A DNA stretch of 64,000 bases from the NCBI GenBank assembly GCA_963754875.1, contig CAVWHO010000016.1, positions 384,001-448,000 on the forward strand, in the 5' to 3' direction. Numbering within the stretch: the first letter of the stretch is position 1; every line of letters begins with the position of its first letter. A model generated the notes under the pieces. It saw nothing but the letters and a program-made list of their open reading frames with translations. It was not told the origin of the DNA and searched no databases. Shown here piece after piece: positions 50,707 to 61,601 of this stretch. The position numbers and the translations under genes were made by a program. Source of the DNA: Nitrospirota bacterium (lineage in GTDB: Bacteria; Nitrospirota; UBA9217).

Positions 50707-50920
50707 AAATTAGGATCGCTTTCATGGTACCCGAGGGAACGAGAGTGACTGTATCAAAATCTTCACGTAGTTTCAAGTGATTTATATCGCCACGGCGATG
50801 CCTTATGGATGAAGAGAATCGCATTGCCTGTGGCCGCAGACTTCAGCCCGCGCAGATCATTTCAGGCAGGGATTGCCGATAAAATTAAACCATGTATGCT
50901 TCACAGCCCAAACCTATGGG

Positions 50921-51178
50921 CTAGGGGCGTTTTAACCGCTTTTCTGTTTTTTCCAATGCATTCCTTCTGTACTTCACGTACAGGTCCTCCACTTTCGTTC
51001 TCGCCCACGGGGTCCTTCTCAGGAAGTGCAAACTGGACTTGATGCTCGGGTCATTATTAAAGCATCTGATTTCGATGATCTGCCCCAGTTTCTCCCACCC
51101 GTGGTGCTCCACCAGCCGAGTAAGAATCATTTCCAGCGTTACGCCGTGAAGAGGATCTTTCTGTTGTTGCCCGCTCAT
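50921..51178 (-). CDS. VF530/DUF2132 family DNA-binding protein
   Basis: DPLHGVTLE...GWE.L...[22 protein letters not shown]. Confidence 0.9.
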   Translation of the reverse strand: MSGQQQKDPLHGVTLEMILTRLVEHHGWEKLGQIIEIRCFNNDPSIKSSLHFLRRTPWARTKVEDLYVKYRRNALEKTEKRLKRP

Positions 51179-51210
51179 ATCCGTCTAACCCCTCTATTTC
51201 GCCATCAAAA

Positions 51211-52350
51211 TTATTCTCTTTCATTGCCTGTTAAGCAAACTGCAGCCGTCCACAACCGCTTTACCCCCGTCTCTTTCCCTGCCTTATACCTTTTTCGTTC
51301 ATCGATCAGATCTTCGAAGCCGACAACATCTCCGCGCTGCAGGCTGTTGAAGGCCTCGTTCTGTACTGTCGCATCTTTGTCTTGTCTCGTGATAAGCCGT
51401 CTTCCCGCCTCGCCGCAGATATAGAACTCCATCTTCCCTTTCGAAACCAGGGGCTCGCTCACTACGCGAAACGCGTTTTCTTTGTACAACGCGGTAAGAG
51501 ACCGGCTGTCTTTCCTCAAAATAAGATAGGAAAACTTGAGCGAGTCTTTCCGAAGTCCCGTGAGCTTGTCCAGTTCCTGAATTTCGGCCGGCGGGTCCCA
51601 GGCCAGGTCTTCATGGCACCAGTCTTTAGGGTTCACGAGAGCAGGGCATTCGGCATGACAAAAGCAGGGAGCGTAGATGTGGAAACCCTGCTTCAGCAAG
51701 CCGTCCCTGACCTCAAGCAGTTCCCGTGACGTTTCGCGCAAAGCCGGTTCAATAATGATGCAGCTGCCGTCATCGGAAAGAAACCGGTTCAGGAACTCCG
51801 CCACAAGCACGGCCCGCCTGGCGATCCGGGCCTCTTCGTGGATGAATATTTCATTCAGCACATTTGAGAAGATGATCAGATCGAAGGTGGCCTCCGGAAG
51901 GTGCAGTGCCTGCTCGACGGCTGATCGGACGGTCTTTAAGGACACATCGAGCTTGCTCGTACTCTTGAATGCAGTAAAGAGTCCCTTGGCCATTTGCAGG
52001 TTCTCGGCAACGTGGTCAACAGCGGTGAACTCGATCCGGGGATGCTTCTTCCCTGTCGCAAAAAACTCCAGCGCGCCGAGCATCGCCGTCCCCGGGCCGC
52101 ATCCGAGGTCGAGGACCCGAAGCGTGTCTTTTCCGAGCAGGTCGCCGGGATGAAGAGTAAGCTCCACGAGGGGCGTCTGAATTTTCCGGAGGTTCGGGGG
52201 CAGATAGTAAGCCTCGTAGGCTTCCCTGAGTCCTTTGTCCTTCAAGTATGTCGCAGGCAGCCTATCGCGCTCGCGAGTCAGAAGTTCCGACAGCCGCGCG
52301 ACGTTGGCAGCCAGGGTTTTCAATTCGGCATGAGACAGTGTGCGTTTCAT
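51211..52350 (-). CDS. Rsm22/METTL17-like SAM methyltransferase
   Basis: AYYLP, LDLGCGPGT, IIEP, APC...CP...WCH and KFSYL motifs. Confidence 0.82.
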   Translation of the reverse strand: MKRTLSHAELKTLAANVARLSELLTRERDRLPATYLKDKGLREAYEAYYLPPNLRKIQTPLVELTLHPGDLLGKDTLRVLDLGCGPGTAMLGALEFFATGKKHPRIEFTAVDHVAENLQMAKGLFTAFKSTSKLDVSLKTVRSAVEQALHLPEATFDLIIFSNVLNEIFIHEEARIARRAVLVAEFLNRFLSDDGSCIIIEPALRETSRELLEVRDGLLKQGFHIYAPCFCHAECPALVNPKDWCHEDLAWDPPAEIQELDKLTGLRKDSLKFSYLILRKDSRSLTALYKENAFRVVSEPLVSKGKMEFYICGEAGRRLITRQDKDATVQNEAFNSLQRGDVVGFEDLIDERKRYKAGKETGVKRLWTAAVCLTGNERE

Positions 52351-52596
52351 CGTCTTGTTGTTATACCATTTTTCCTTGAAGAATGTAAGTTCTGCTGAGA
52401 GAGCTCGGGAAGGATGATGAATCGACCTTTTTTATCCAAAAGTGGCTGCTCAAGACCATAATTGTCAACTGGCCCGAATAAACAAATTGACAATTTTTCT
52501 TCATGATGTAGAATTAAACGTGATATCTATTGATGGGCCGCTGGGCGACCACGCGTGTTCAGCGTTCAGTGCACGTTTCGTGCGAGTAAAGTCTTC

Positions 52597-55293
52597 ATGA
52601 GTCTGACCATCGGGAAAAAACTAACCCTCGTTCTTGCGTTGGGAGTGCTCTCCCTTGCGAGCATCGGCTATTTGCTGTATTCCGATGCTACGCTCCGTAC
52701 TGCCCTCAGCAGCCCCGGCACACCGGACCAGACCCTTCTCAAAGCGATCAACGGCCTGCGCGCCGGTCTTAAGGATGTGGAGACCACTGAGCTCAGATAC
52801 GCGCTGTCCGGCGACCCGAAGATCCTTACCGCCTATAACAAAGCCTCGTCTGCAATTCGGCATTTTACCTCAGACCTGAGCGAGCTTTCCCCCAATGAGA
52901 CGGAACGCAAGCAAAACCTCGCCTCCCTGAAATCCCTTATTGCTGAAAGATTGACCGTCACCGACCAGATAATCGCCGCTCGCAACAGGGGAGGATGGAA
53001 GGCGGCCGAGAAACTGGTACGCACCGGTTCCGGCAAGCCGACGTCGGAGAGGATTGAAGCAGTGCTGGCCGGCCTGGAGCAGGATGGCTTCCGGGCGAAC
53101 GTTTTTCAGGGCAAGGTCCTCGCCCAGAGTTTTCAGAACGGCGTGGTGCTCCTCATCGCGGGCTATCTCGCGGTTTTTGTCCTGCTCCTCCTCGCCGTTG
53201 CCATCGTCGGCCGGGAGTTTGCACGCCGCAGGAACATCGCCCAAAGCCTGCTCGAACTCAGGGAACGGAACCGGCTGTTCACCGAGGGACTGAAGGACGC
53301 GGCCCTGTTCATGCTCGAAACCGACGGCACGATCTCCCACTGGAATGCCGCAGCGGAGCGGCTCCAGGGATTTTCGAAGCATGAAATCGAAGGGCGGCAT
53401 TTTTCCACGCTCTTCCCGGAGGAAGACAACCGGCACGATAAAGCCGAGCACTGGTTGAAGCTGGCCGAAGCCGACGGCCGGTATGAGCAGGTCGGGTGGC
53501 GGCTCCGGAAGGACGGCTCCCTGTTCCAGGCCCGCACCGTCATCTCGCCGGTCAAGGGCAGGAAGGGCGCGCTGCAGGGGTATTCCGTTGTAACCCGCGA
53601 CATCACGGAGCTGAAACGGAACGAAGAGCTGCTGAAAAAACTTTCGCTCACCGTAGACCAGGCAGCCGACGTGGTCATCATTACGAACCGGGACGGCAAA
53701 GTGGAATTCATGAACAAGGCCGTCCAGGAAGTCACCGGCTTTACACGCGAGGAAGTCACGGCCCGAGGCATAGGTTTGCTGCAGAACCACAAGCAGGACG
53801 AGAACGTATTCCACAAAATGTGGGACACCGTTCTTTCCGGAAAATCCTTCACCGCGGAAGTGAACACGGCAAAAAAGAACGGAGATCTGCTTTACCTCGA
53901 AGAGGTCGTCACCCCTATTAAAGACGACCGCGGCAAGGTCACCCACGTGGTCTTAACCGGCACCGATGTCACGCCGATCAAGCTCATGCGGAACAAACTC
54001 GACTTTCTCGCATCCTATGATTCTCTCACGGGCCTTCCCAACCGCGATCTCATGACCGATCGGCTGTGCCGGGACGTGGAGCGCTGCGCGGCAAAAGACG
54101 CCGGTAAACGGGGGACCATCGCCGTCGTGGCCATCGACATCGACCGGTTCAAGTACATCAACGAGATCTACGGCCTGGAGTCGGGCAACAAGGTGCTGAA
54201 GCAGGTGGCGGAAAGCCTCTCCGTCTCGGTAAGCAAGGGAGACACCGTTGGTCGGCTCGGCAGCGACGAGTTCGGCATGGTGCTCCATGACATCAGACAG
54301 CCCGCTGACGTGGTCCTCTTCGTGAAAATGATCATGAAAAACGTGCCGCAGATCATCATGTCCGGCGGAGAGGAAATTTCCGTGACCCTTGCCGCCGGGA
54401 TCGCGATGTACCCCGCCGACGGCCGGGATGCCCCGACGCTCATGAAGAACGCGGACACCGCCCTTTCCAAGGCAAAGGGCCTGGGCAGAAACCGCTACCA
54501 GTTCTACACGTCCGACATGAATGTGGGCATTTCGGAGCTCGTTTTCATGGAGCAGCGCCTCTCCGAGGCGCTCAAGAACACGGAGTACCTTCTTACGTTC
54601 CAGCCTTACTGCAACCTGTCCACGCGCACCGTGGCCGGCGCTGAGGCCCTGCTCAAGTGGAACAACGAGGAGTTCGGTCAGGTCTCGCCGTCGAAGTTCA
54701 TTCCCCTGCTCGAGGAAACGGGCATGATCATCGACGTCGGCAAATGGGTGCTCACCACAGCGTGCCGGCAGATCAAAAAATGGACGAACGGGAAGGCTTC
54801 GCTCCCAATAGCAGTCAACCTTTCTCCTTCCCAGTTCCGGCACGAGTACCTCGTGGAGACCGTCGAGAGCATCATACGGGAGACCGGCATCGACCCTCGC
54901 CGCCTGACCCTCGAAATCACCGAGAGCACCTTCATGAAGGACCAGGATTTCGCCATCACGGTGCTCAATCGGCTCAAGGACCTCGGCGTCCTGATCTCCA
55001 TCGACGACTTCGGGACCGGCTACTCGTCCCTCAGTTATCTGAAAAAATTCCCTGTGGATTATGTCAAGATCGACCAGTCCTTTGTCAAGGACGTGGACAC
55101 CGATCCCGACACCACCTCGCTCGTCACTGCCATCATCGCCATGGCCCATAGCCTCGGCCTCAAGACCATTGCCGAAGGCGTGGAGACGGAGGAACAGTGG
55201 AAGATCCTGCGGCTCCTCAAGTGCGACATGGCCCAGGGCTACTACTTCAGCCCTGCAGTGTCTGCTCAGGATTTTGAGAAGTTCATGGTCTAA
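52597..55293 (+). CDS. CHASE3-PAS-PAS-GGDEF-EAL c-di-GMP signalling protein
   Basis: TM-CHASE3-like-TM, two PAS/PAC, DSLTGLPNR, GSDEF, EAL and DDFGTGYSSL. Confidence 0.92.
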   Translation: MSLTIGKKLTLVLALGVLSLASIGYLLYSDATLRTALSSPGTPDQTLLKAINGLRAGLKDVETTELRYALSGDPKILTAYNKASSAIRHFTSDLSELSPNETERKQNLASLKSLIAERLTVTDQIIAARNRGGWKAAEKLVRTGSGKPTSERIEAVLAGLEQDGFRANVFQGKVLAQSFQNGVVLLIAGYLAVFVLLLLAVAIVGREFARRRNIAQSLLELRERNRLFTEGLKDAALFMLETDGTISHWNAAAERLQGFSKHEIEGRHFSTLFPEEDNRHDKAEHWLKLAEADGRYEQVGWRLRKDGSLFQARTVISPVKGRKGALQGYSVVTRDITELKRNEELLKKLSLTVDQAADVVIITNRDGKVEFMNKAVQEVTGFTREEVTARGIGLLQNHKQDENVFHKMWDTVLSGKSFTAEVNTAKKNGDLLYLEEVVTPIKDDRGKVTHVVLTGTDVTPIKLMRNKLDFLASYDSLTGLPNRDLMTDRLCRDVERCAAKDAGKRGTIAVVAIDIDRFKYINEIYGLESGNKVLKQVAESLSVSVSKGDTVGRLGSDEFGMVLHDIRQPADVVLFVKMIMKNVPQIIMSGGEEISVTLAAGIAMYPADGRDAPTLMKNADTALSKAKGLGRNRYQFYTSDMNVGISELVFMEQRLSEALKNTEYLLTFQPYCNLSTRTVAGAEALLKWNNEEFGQVSPSKFIPLLEETGMIIDVGKWVLTTACRQIKKWTNGKASLPIAVNLSPSQFRHEYLVETVESIIRETGIDPRRLTLEITESTFMKDQDFAITVLNRLKDLGVLISIDDFGTGYSSLSYLKKFPVDYVKIDQSFVKDVDTDPDTTSLVTAIIAMAHSLGLKTIAEGVETEEQWKILRLLKCDMAQGYYFSPAVSAQDFEKFMV

Positions 55294-55574
55294 CCCCGCA
55301 GACATCCTCTCTTTGCACGCGTCTTCTAGGTAATATTTTTTAACTTGATAATCATGTAAAGGGCCCCGAGCAATTCCCTGCATCTTGCCGCGGGGTCACC
55401 GACGGTCCTTCCTCCTTGGCGGGAGATTAGGGGGGGGTGATGAGCATGAGCGCCGGATACTCCACCCTCAGTCTCCTCCTGTATCGAAGAGCGGGGCGCA
55501 TGATTTAGGCCTTTTTTCCATTTGCCGTCAGGGAAATCTGCGCCTATAATCAAAAGAAAGGCCGACAACACGAT

Positions 55575-58500
55575 ATGCGTCTTCGAAAAAAAATAGTGCT
55601 CTCGCTGGTGGCGGTTCTCTGCACCCTCCTTACCCTTCTGGCGGCCGCAATTTTCCTGGCGCCTGCCTATCTCAATTCAACGGCAATAAAAGCAAAGATC
55701 GAAACCGCAATTTCCCGGGAACTCGGCGGGACCGTGCAGTATCAGCAGCTGGACATCTCTATCTTTCCGCGGCCCCATGTCGTATTTCATGAAACCCATG
55801 TCTCCATTCCCAAAACCGCCAGGGGGACCCTGAAGTTCATAAGTATTTACCCCCAGATCATCCCTCTCGTAAAAGGGAACCTCTTCGTTTCCCGGATCCT
55901 GGTCCGGGAACCGGACCTTACGGTCGCGCTGCCGGAGACTGTCAGTGAAGTCAAACCTGAGTCGCTCTCTCTGCCTGAAGTGAAGAAGAACATCCGGCTC
56001 ATGCTCGGCTATCTCCAGGCGATCGGACCGGGCCTGGTCGTGGAAATGGACAAGGGGACGCTTGTCCTCCGGAGAAAGGGGCATCTTTTTCTTTTACTGC
56101 GGGATGCAGCCGTACGGTTCAATGCCCCGCCCGGCCCCATGGACATCACGCTCAAGGCCGTCACGGAACCGTGGGGGGCCTTCTCGATGACCGGGAAATA
56201 TTCTTTTGATGAAGAAAAATCGGAGGTCAAGGGCCTTTCCGTATCCATGGGACGTTCCTCGATATCCGATTTTTCCGCCAGCCTTGCATGGAAGGACGTT
56301 CCTTATCTTAAAATCGCCTCCGGGAAAGCCACGTTCGCGCTCGATGAGATGTACCAGTGGTTATCGTCATCGGAAACGCTCACCTCTTATCTGGAAAACG
56401 TGAGATCATTGTCAGGGGTCGTCACCGTATCATCCATGCAGGCCGGCGTCCCCCTCTATCAGCTTGCGGCATCCCGCCTGAAGATAACCGGCGAGGCTGA
56501 CAATGTCGTTCTTGATTGGGCACTCCTTCCTGTTCCGCTGACAACAACCAGCAGGTTTATCATAGAGGAGAATAAAGTGACCGTGGCCGATTTCTCCGCA
56601 CGCATGGGTAAGTCGTCCCTTTCCCGTGTCTCTGCCTACATCACAGAAAGAAAAAAGCCGGTCTTCGGGCTCCTGAGCGGGAGAGCCGTGATCAATCTCT
56701 CCGAAATTTTTCAATGGCGCACCAGGTACGAAGCTTTACAGGACAGCCTAAAGACCGTGAAAAACCTTTCCGGCATCGTCAGGTTATCGTCCTTGAATTT
56801 CGGAGGGCCGCTTTTCGAGCCCGCTCTGTGGCACAGGTCTGCTGCCGGAAGCGTCGAACAGATGACGATCGATTCGCCCTTCCTGCCCGGGACGTTTTCC
56901 GCTTCACAGGGAAACTTCAGCCTCGTCTCGAATAAACTTACGCTGGCCGATGTACAAGCCGCGATCCTCGACACGAGGGTCACCGGCCCGGCTGCAATGA
57001 GCGGAGACGGTGAAGGCATACACGCAATCGACCTTACGTTTACGGGGACCGCAGGAAAAGAAAGCATTCAGTGGGCTTTTACCCGGTTTGCCCTGCCGGC
57101 TGAATTCATGATCAACGCTCCGCTGGCTTTTACGAATTCGCACCTGGCGTGGCAGGAGAAGGCGGGCACAACATTCTCGGGCAGAATAATGGTTGGGAAC
57201 GGTCCTCTGCTTTCCCTTGACCTTTCGAAAACCGAGACGGAGCTGGCGGTCCGGCGTGCCACCATCAAGGACCAGGACACGAACGCAACGGTTGCTGTCC
57301 GACAGAGCGAGAACATGACGGACGTGTCCTTCTCCGGCAAATTAGCCCAGACGACTTTGAACAGGATCTTCGAGCAAGGGACTTTCGGCAAAGGCAAAAT
57401 AAACGGGGACCTCCGTACCACTCTTCACCGGGACCGGCCATTGGACTCCACGGCACAGGGGACGCTCAGCGGTGACGATATCGTCATTCCCTGGGGTCTG
57501 GCTGTCCCGCTGACGATAGACAACGTTTCTCTCCGCGCTGATAAGAACGTTCTCACTATCGATTCGGCTGCTCTCACGTGGGGCAACAGCCATTACGCAG
57601 TAAACGGCGAAGTGACAGCAACCGATTCCGGTCTCGTCCTTGACATGGATCTCGGCGCGGACAACATCGCCGTGAGCGCGATACAGCAGGCCCTGTCCGG
57701 ACCCGGCAAGGAAAGCTCGGGCCAAAAAACACGTCCTTCCCGCATGCCCCCCTTTCTCGGCGTTGTCCGCGTCAACTCGTTGTCCCTCTTGTTCGGCAAG
57801 TATACCTTCAGCCCTGCAAAGGCTGTTGTGACGCTCAGTCCTCACCAGGTGAGCATGGCCTTCACCGAGGCCAAGACCTGCGGCATTTCTATCCTCGGTA
57901 CGCTTGCCTTTTCCGGCGCCGACGTTAATTTTGATTTCAAACCTGCGTCCGCAAAACAACCCCTTGAATCCACCCTGGATTGTCTGGCCGGCAAGGATGT
58001 CCGTATTACCGGGACCTTTGATCTGAGTGGGAACATTCGTGCGCAAGGAAAGAGCGGAACGTTGGTCAAGTCACTTGAGGGAAAGGTCGACTTCACGTCG
58101 AAGGACGGCAAAATTTATCACTATCCTGTGCTCGCCAAAATCTTTTCGGTCCTGAGTGTTCTTGAGATCTTCCGGGGCAGGCTCCCCGAGCTCGGAGGAA
58201 ATGGATTTCCTTATCATGCCATGGCCGTGAAAGGAAAAATACATGAGGGGAAATTTCTATTAGAGAAAGCGTACATCGGCGGCAAGTCCCTCGACATTAT
58301 TGCCGAAGGTGAGGTTGATCTGGCTGCGCAGAAACTGGATCTTGTCGTGCTCGTTGCGCCGTTCTCGACCATCAACTGGATCATCAGGCATATCCCGCTC
58401 GTGAGCTCAATCATGGGCGGGACCTTGGTCTCGGTCCCGGTCAAGGTCTCAGGCGACCCGTCGAATCCCGATGTCACCTTCCTGGCCCCTTCGGCAGTCG

Positions 58501-58595
58501 GCAGGCGGCTCCTGGACCTTCTGGAAAATATTCTGGAGCTCCCCGTCAAGATCATCGAACCGATCCTGCCGAAGGATAAGGAAAAACAGGAATGA
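55575..58595 (+). CDS. AsmA-like (YhdP/DUF3971-type) envelope protein
   Basis: N-terminal TM anchor, long beta-rich body and AsmA C-terminal pattern (GEVDL...IPLV...G..SNPDV). Confidence 0.78.
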   Translation: MRLRKKIVLSLVAVLCTLLTLLAAAIFLAPAYLNSTAIKAKIETAISRELGGTVQYQQLDISIFPRPHVVFHETHVSIPKTARGTLKFISIYPQIIPLVKGNLFVSRILVREPDLTVALPETVSEVKPESLSLPEVKKNIRLMLGYLQAIGPGLVVEMDKGTLVLRRKGHLFLLLRDAAVRFNAPPGPMDITLKAVTEPWGAFSMTGKYSFDEEKSEVKGLSVSMGRSSISDFSASLAWKDVPYLKIASGKATFALDEMYQWLSSSETLTSYLENVRSLSGVVTVSSMQAGVPLYQLAASRLKITGEADNVVLDWALLPVPLTTTSRFIIEENKVTVADFSARMGKSSLSRVSAYITERKKPVFGLLSGRAVINLSEIFQWRTRYEALQDSLKTVKNLSGIVRLSSLNFGGPLFEPALWHRSAAGSVEQMTIDSPFLPGTFSASQGNFSLVSNKLTLADVQAAILDTRVTGPAAMSGDGEGIHAIDLTFTGTAGKESIQWAFTRFALPAEFMINAPLAFTNSHLAWQEKAGTTFSGRIMVGNGPLLSLDLSKTETELAVRRATIKDQDTNATVAVRQSENMTDVSFSGKLAQTTLNRIFEQGTFGKGKINGDLRTTLHRDRPLDSTAQGTLSGDDIVIPWGLAVPLTIDNVSLRADKNVLTIDSAALTWGNSHYAVNGEVTATDSGLVLDMDLGADNIAVSAIQQALSGPGKESSGQKTRPSRMPPFLGVVRVNSLSLLFGKYTFSPAKAVVTLSPHQVSMAFTEAKTCGISILGTLAFSGADVNFDFKPASAKQPLESTLDCLAGKDVRITGTFDLSGNIRAQGKSGTLVKSLEGKVDFTSKDGKIYHYPVLAKIFSVLSVLEIFRGRLPELGGNGFPYHAMAVKGKIHEGKFLLEKAYIGGKSLDIIAEGEVDLAAQKLDLVVLVAPFSTINWIIRHIPLVSSIMGGTLVSVPVKVSGDPSNPDVTFLAPSAVGRRLLDLLENILELPVKIIEPILPKDKEKQE

Positions 58596-58772
58596 TGAAA
58601 CACCTTTCAGGAGAAAGGGAGAAAAAAGATGGGGAAATGGGGAGAACACCTTTTTGAGGCTTGCTCTCCCTTTCGCACTTCACTTCCCCCTTTCCCCTGC
58701 TAAGGTTTAGTCAGTTTGATTTAATTTTTTGATTTATCCGTGTCCATCTGTGGTTAACTGAGTCTTCCGGGT

Positions 58773-60533
58773 TCACTCAAACTCCGGCATCCTCAAAACA
58801 TCAGAGCGTGATGAGAGCCCGAGCGATTCCAGAGTTTTGATGATTGGCTGCACATCCTCCAGTGTCTGTGCAAGGGCGCTGACACTCTCGTCTTCTCCTG
58901 CAACGTGTTTCAGTTCCGAAATCAGCTTGAACAGCGTTTTCTTTTCAGGATAGACCTTCAGCCGGATTGGCGCGTTGTCGGGGAGTTTGGCCGCTTTGCG
59001 CACAAGCCGCAATGCTGCCGGGAAACCGCCGAGTTCGTCCACGAGGCCCAGTTTCTTCCCGTCATCTCCGGACCAGATCCTCCCTTTCGCGATCTTCTCT
59101 ACCGCTTCTATCGGAAGGTTCCTGCCCTGGCTTACCTTGGACGTGAAATCCGCGTACACGCGGTCGAGCCATGCTTCCATGCGCGCCCGCTGCGCAGGGG
59201 TCAGGTCCTTGGCCTGGGTCCAGGCATCGGCGTTCTTGCTCGTGTGGACTTCATCCCAGGACACGCCGAGCTTGTTCCAGAAGCCGGTGGTCACCATCTT
59301 CCCGCCGAACACGCCGATGGAGCCGGTGATCGTCGAGGGCTGGGCCACGATCTTGTCCGCGGCCATGGCCACGAAATACCCGCCCGATCCTGCAACACTT
59401 CCCATGGACGCAATGACCGGCTTGCCTGCTTTTTTAGCTTTCACAATCTCCCGCCAGATCGTATCCGACGCAACGTAGGAACCGCCGGGGCTGTCGATCC
59501 GGAACAGGATGGCCTTGACGCTCTTGTCCTCCACAGCCTGCCGGATCGCGTCCGCGATCGTGTCGGACCCCATCATGAGCTCGCCCGTGGCAGGATTGTA
59601 TCCGCTCTTGCCGCGCTCGATGCCGCCCACGCCGTAGATGAGGGCGACAGTCGTCCCCTTCTCGTTCGGACCTCCTGCCCGCTTCCGGTAGTCAGCAAGC
59701 GAGAGAAAGTCCTCTTTCACTCCCGCCTTTTCCTTGATCTTGTCGTAGACCTCATCCCGGTAGGCAAGACCGTCAACAAGTTTCGCATCAGCCGCTTCCT
59801 GACCGAGGAACGGCCCCTTGTTGATAAGCGCGCGGACTTCATCTTCCGTAAGCTTCCGCGATTCCGCGATCCCTTTAACGATCTGGCTGAACTGCGAATC
59901 CATCACCGCCGTGATCGCTTCGCGGTGCGGAGCTATATATTTCCGCTCCGTGAACATGTAGCGGAAGCTCTTATATTCCTTGCGGCCGTCGATACGCGGC
60001 ACGATGCCGAGCTTGTCGAGCGTGCCCTTGATAAAGGGCTGTTCGTAGATGAGCCCCGTGAGTCCCAGGTCGCCCGAGGGCTGCAGATAGATCGTGTCGA
60101 AGGCTGTCGCGAGATAGTACGAAACATTTCCCGGCCCGAACTCGCCGAAGGTTTCTGCATATGCGATCGCAGGTTTACCCGATTTGCGGAACGAGATGAC
60201 AGCATCTCGAATCTCCTGCACCTGCGCAAGCCGCATGTTCGATTGGCCGATCCTTGCCACCAGTCCCTTGACCCGATCGTCTGTTGTCGCTTTCTGCAGC
60301 GTTTCCACGACGTCGCGAAGGTTGAGCCTCTTCGCCATCAGCACTCGGCCGAGGGTATCGTCAGGAACGATTTCGACCACGCCTTGCTCGAAGTCCGCTT
60401 CCAGGACCACGCGTTTCGGGACGCGATTGGCGAACAGCCAGTAATACAGGCCGATCGCGATGCCGGCGATAACAAAAATGGTGAAGATTGCCGAGCATAC
60501 GCCCGGTCCGCGCCTATGATCATCATGGTACAT
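58773..60533 (-). CDS. sppA: signal peptide peptidase SppA (67K type)
   Basis: RIDSPGGS, AGSGGY, TITGSIGV and GRIWSG motifs. Confidence 0.93.
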   Translation of the reverse strand: MYHDDHRRGPGVCSAIFTIFVIAGIAIGLYYWLFANRVPKRVVLEADFEQGVVEIVPDDTLGRVLMAKRLNLRDVVETLQKATTDDRVKGLVARIGQSNMRLAQVQEIRDAVISFRKSGKPAIAYAETFGEFGPGNVSYYLATAFDTIYLQPSGDLGLTGLIYEQPFIKGTLDKLGIVPRIDGRKEYKSFRYMFTERKYIAPHREAITAVMDSQFSQIVKGIAESRKLTEDEVRALINKGPFLGQEAADAKLVDGLAYRDEVYDKIKEKAGVKEDFLSLADYRKRAGGPNEKGTTVALIYGVGGIERGKSGYNPATGELMMGSDTIADAIRQAVEDKSVKAILFRIDSPGGSYVASDTIWREIVKAKKAGKPVIASMGSVAGSGGYFVAMAADKIVAQPSTITGSIGVFGGKMVTTGFWNKLGVSWDEVHTSKNADAWTQAKDLTPAQRARMEAWLDRVYADFTSKVSQGRNLPIEAVEKIAKGRIWSGDDGKKLGLVDELGGFPAALRLVRKAAKLPDNAPIRLKVYPEKKTLFKLISELKHVAGEDESVSALAQTLEDVQPIIKTLESLGLSSRSDVLRMPEFE

Positions 60534-60589
60534 AGAAAGGCTCCTTTTCACGTCAAAGTTGAAATACGTTATTTACTTGATGCAGTTTT

Positions 60590-60665
60590 GTAGGTTGGGC
60601 TACGCATCACAGCCCAACATCTTTTGGATTCTGTTGGGCAAAGAAAAAAATTTTGCCCAACCTAC
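60590..60665. repeat. GTAG-type REP doublet
   Basis: GTAGGTTGGGC...GCCCAAC / GTTGGGC...GCCCAACCTAC. Confidence 0.72.
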
Positions 60666-60707
60666 CGGCTAGGGGACTCTCCAAAAGGAATACGATTCAT
60701 ATATGAC

Positions 60708-60763
60708 ACCTAACACGCGGCTGACCCGTCGGGCGAATACCGGACGGTAGCCGCTGGTTGGGA
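60708..60763 (-). other. attC site 1
   Basis: Minus strand TCCCAAC-CAGCGGCTACCGTC...GACGGGTCAGCCGCGT-GTTAGGT; 56-bp imperfect palindrome. Confidence 0.82.
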
Positions 60764-60791
60764 CACTGTTCGTTTCAGCTATCAAATAAGG

Positions 60792-61187
60792 TCAGGATGC
60801 TATATGTTTTGATTGAATTATCTTTTTTCTGACGATGCTTAAGAATTCCCGCAGCGCAGCCGCGGGAACAGGAGAAAGATGACTTTCTACAACGTTGTCC
60901 TGGACGCCGTCGTGGCAGTGGCGGGGAAATGTCGATATATGAGACCATTTTTCATGAGGTGCGTTATCATGTCGATAAATGCTGTTTCGTATCATGCTTT
61001 GTTCCCAATGGAACGAATACTCACCGTCAACCGTGTACCAGACATCCACGAACGTCTGATCAATGAGGTTTACCCGCAATTTGCGAACGCGACCTGTGTA
61101 ACTTGGTATCATCTCAGCATCTTCGACTATATCGCCGAATTCACTTGTTGCCAGCGCCTCAAGCTGCTTGTAGAGTTCTGATATCAT
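60792..61187 (-). CDS. DUF6516/TumE-like toxin
   Basis: YSFHW...RHDNAPH...TFPRHCH motif. Confidence 0.75.
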   Translation of the reverse strand: MISELYKQLEALATSEFGDIVEDAEMIPSYTGRVRKLRVNLIDQTFVDVWYTVDGEYSFHWEQSMIRNSIYRHDNAPHEKWSHISTFPRHCHDGVQDNVVESHLSPVPAAALREFLSIVRKKIIQSKHIAS

Positions 61188-61452
61188 TCTCGATTTCCTT
61201 GATCTCTGCCTCAATATTCTTTATTTCAATCAAATCTTCCCATGTTGGGTGTTCAGGGACCGCCCCTTTCTTAATCTTTTCTTCCAGAACAGTCACAGTC
61301 TCAGCTTCATACCGCGCAAGTATCTCAATCCGTTCAATCTGAAGATTACGCTTCTTCTCTCGCAAGGTAAGAGTTGAGCCATGTTTGATGAAGTCCTCCG
61401 GTGACAAGGAATACTTTTTTGAAAGCGAGTCGATCGTTTTTTCGGTAATCAT
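61159..61452 (-). CDS. putative cognate antitoxin
   Basis: Small helical protein overlapping the toxin start; own promoter TTGCCT-17-TAACGT (~61497-61525) and RBS AAGGAG. Confidence 0.65.
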   Translation of the reverse strand: MITEKTIDSLSKKYSLSPEDFIKHGSTLTLREKKRNLQIERIEILARYEAETVTVLEEKIKKGAVPEHPTWEDLIEIKNIEAEIKEIENDIRTLQAA

Positions 61453-61601
61453 AAAACATCTCCTTTGTAGGTCCGTAGTTTATTGACCTATTGAGACGTT
61501 ACAATAAAACGTGGAAAAAGGCAAGGTGATTCATCGCACGTGAGCGCACGCCAGAAGAGGGAACACGGTCTTATCGCGCCCCTTTAGGCTTGAAAATCAT
61601 T

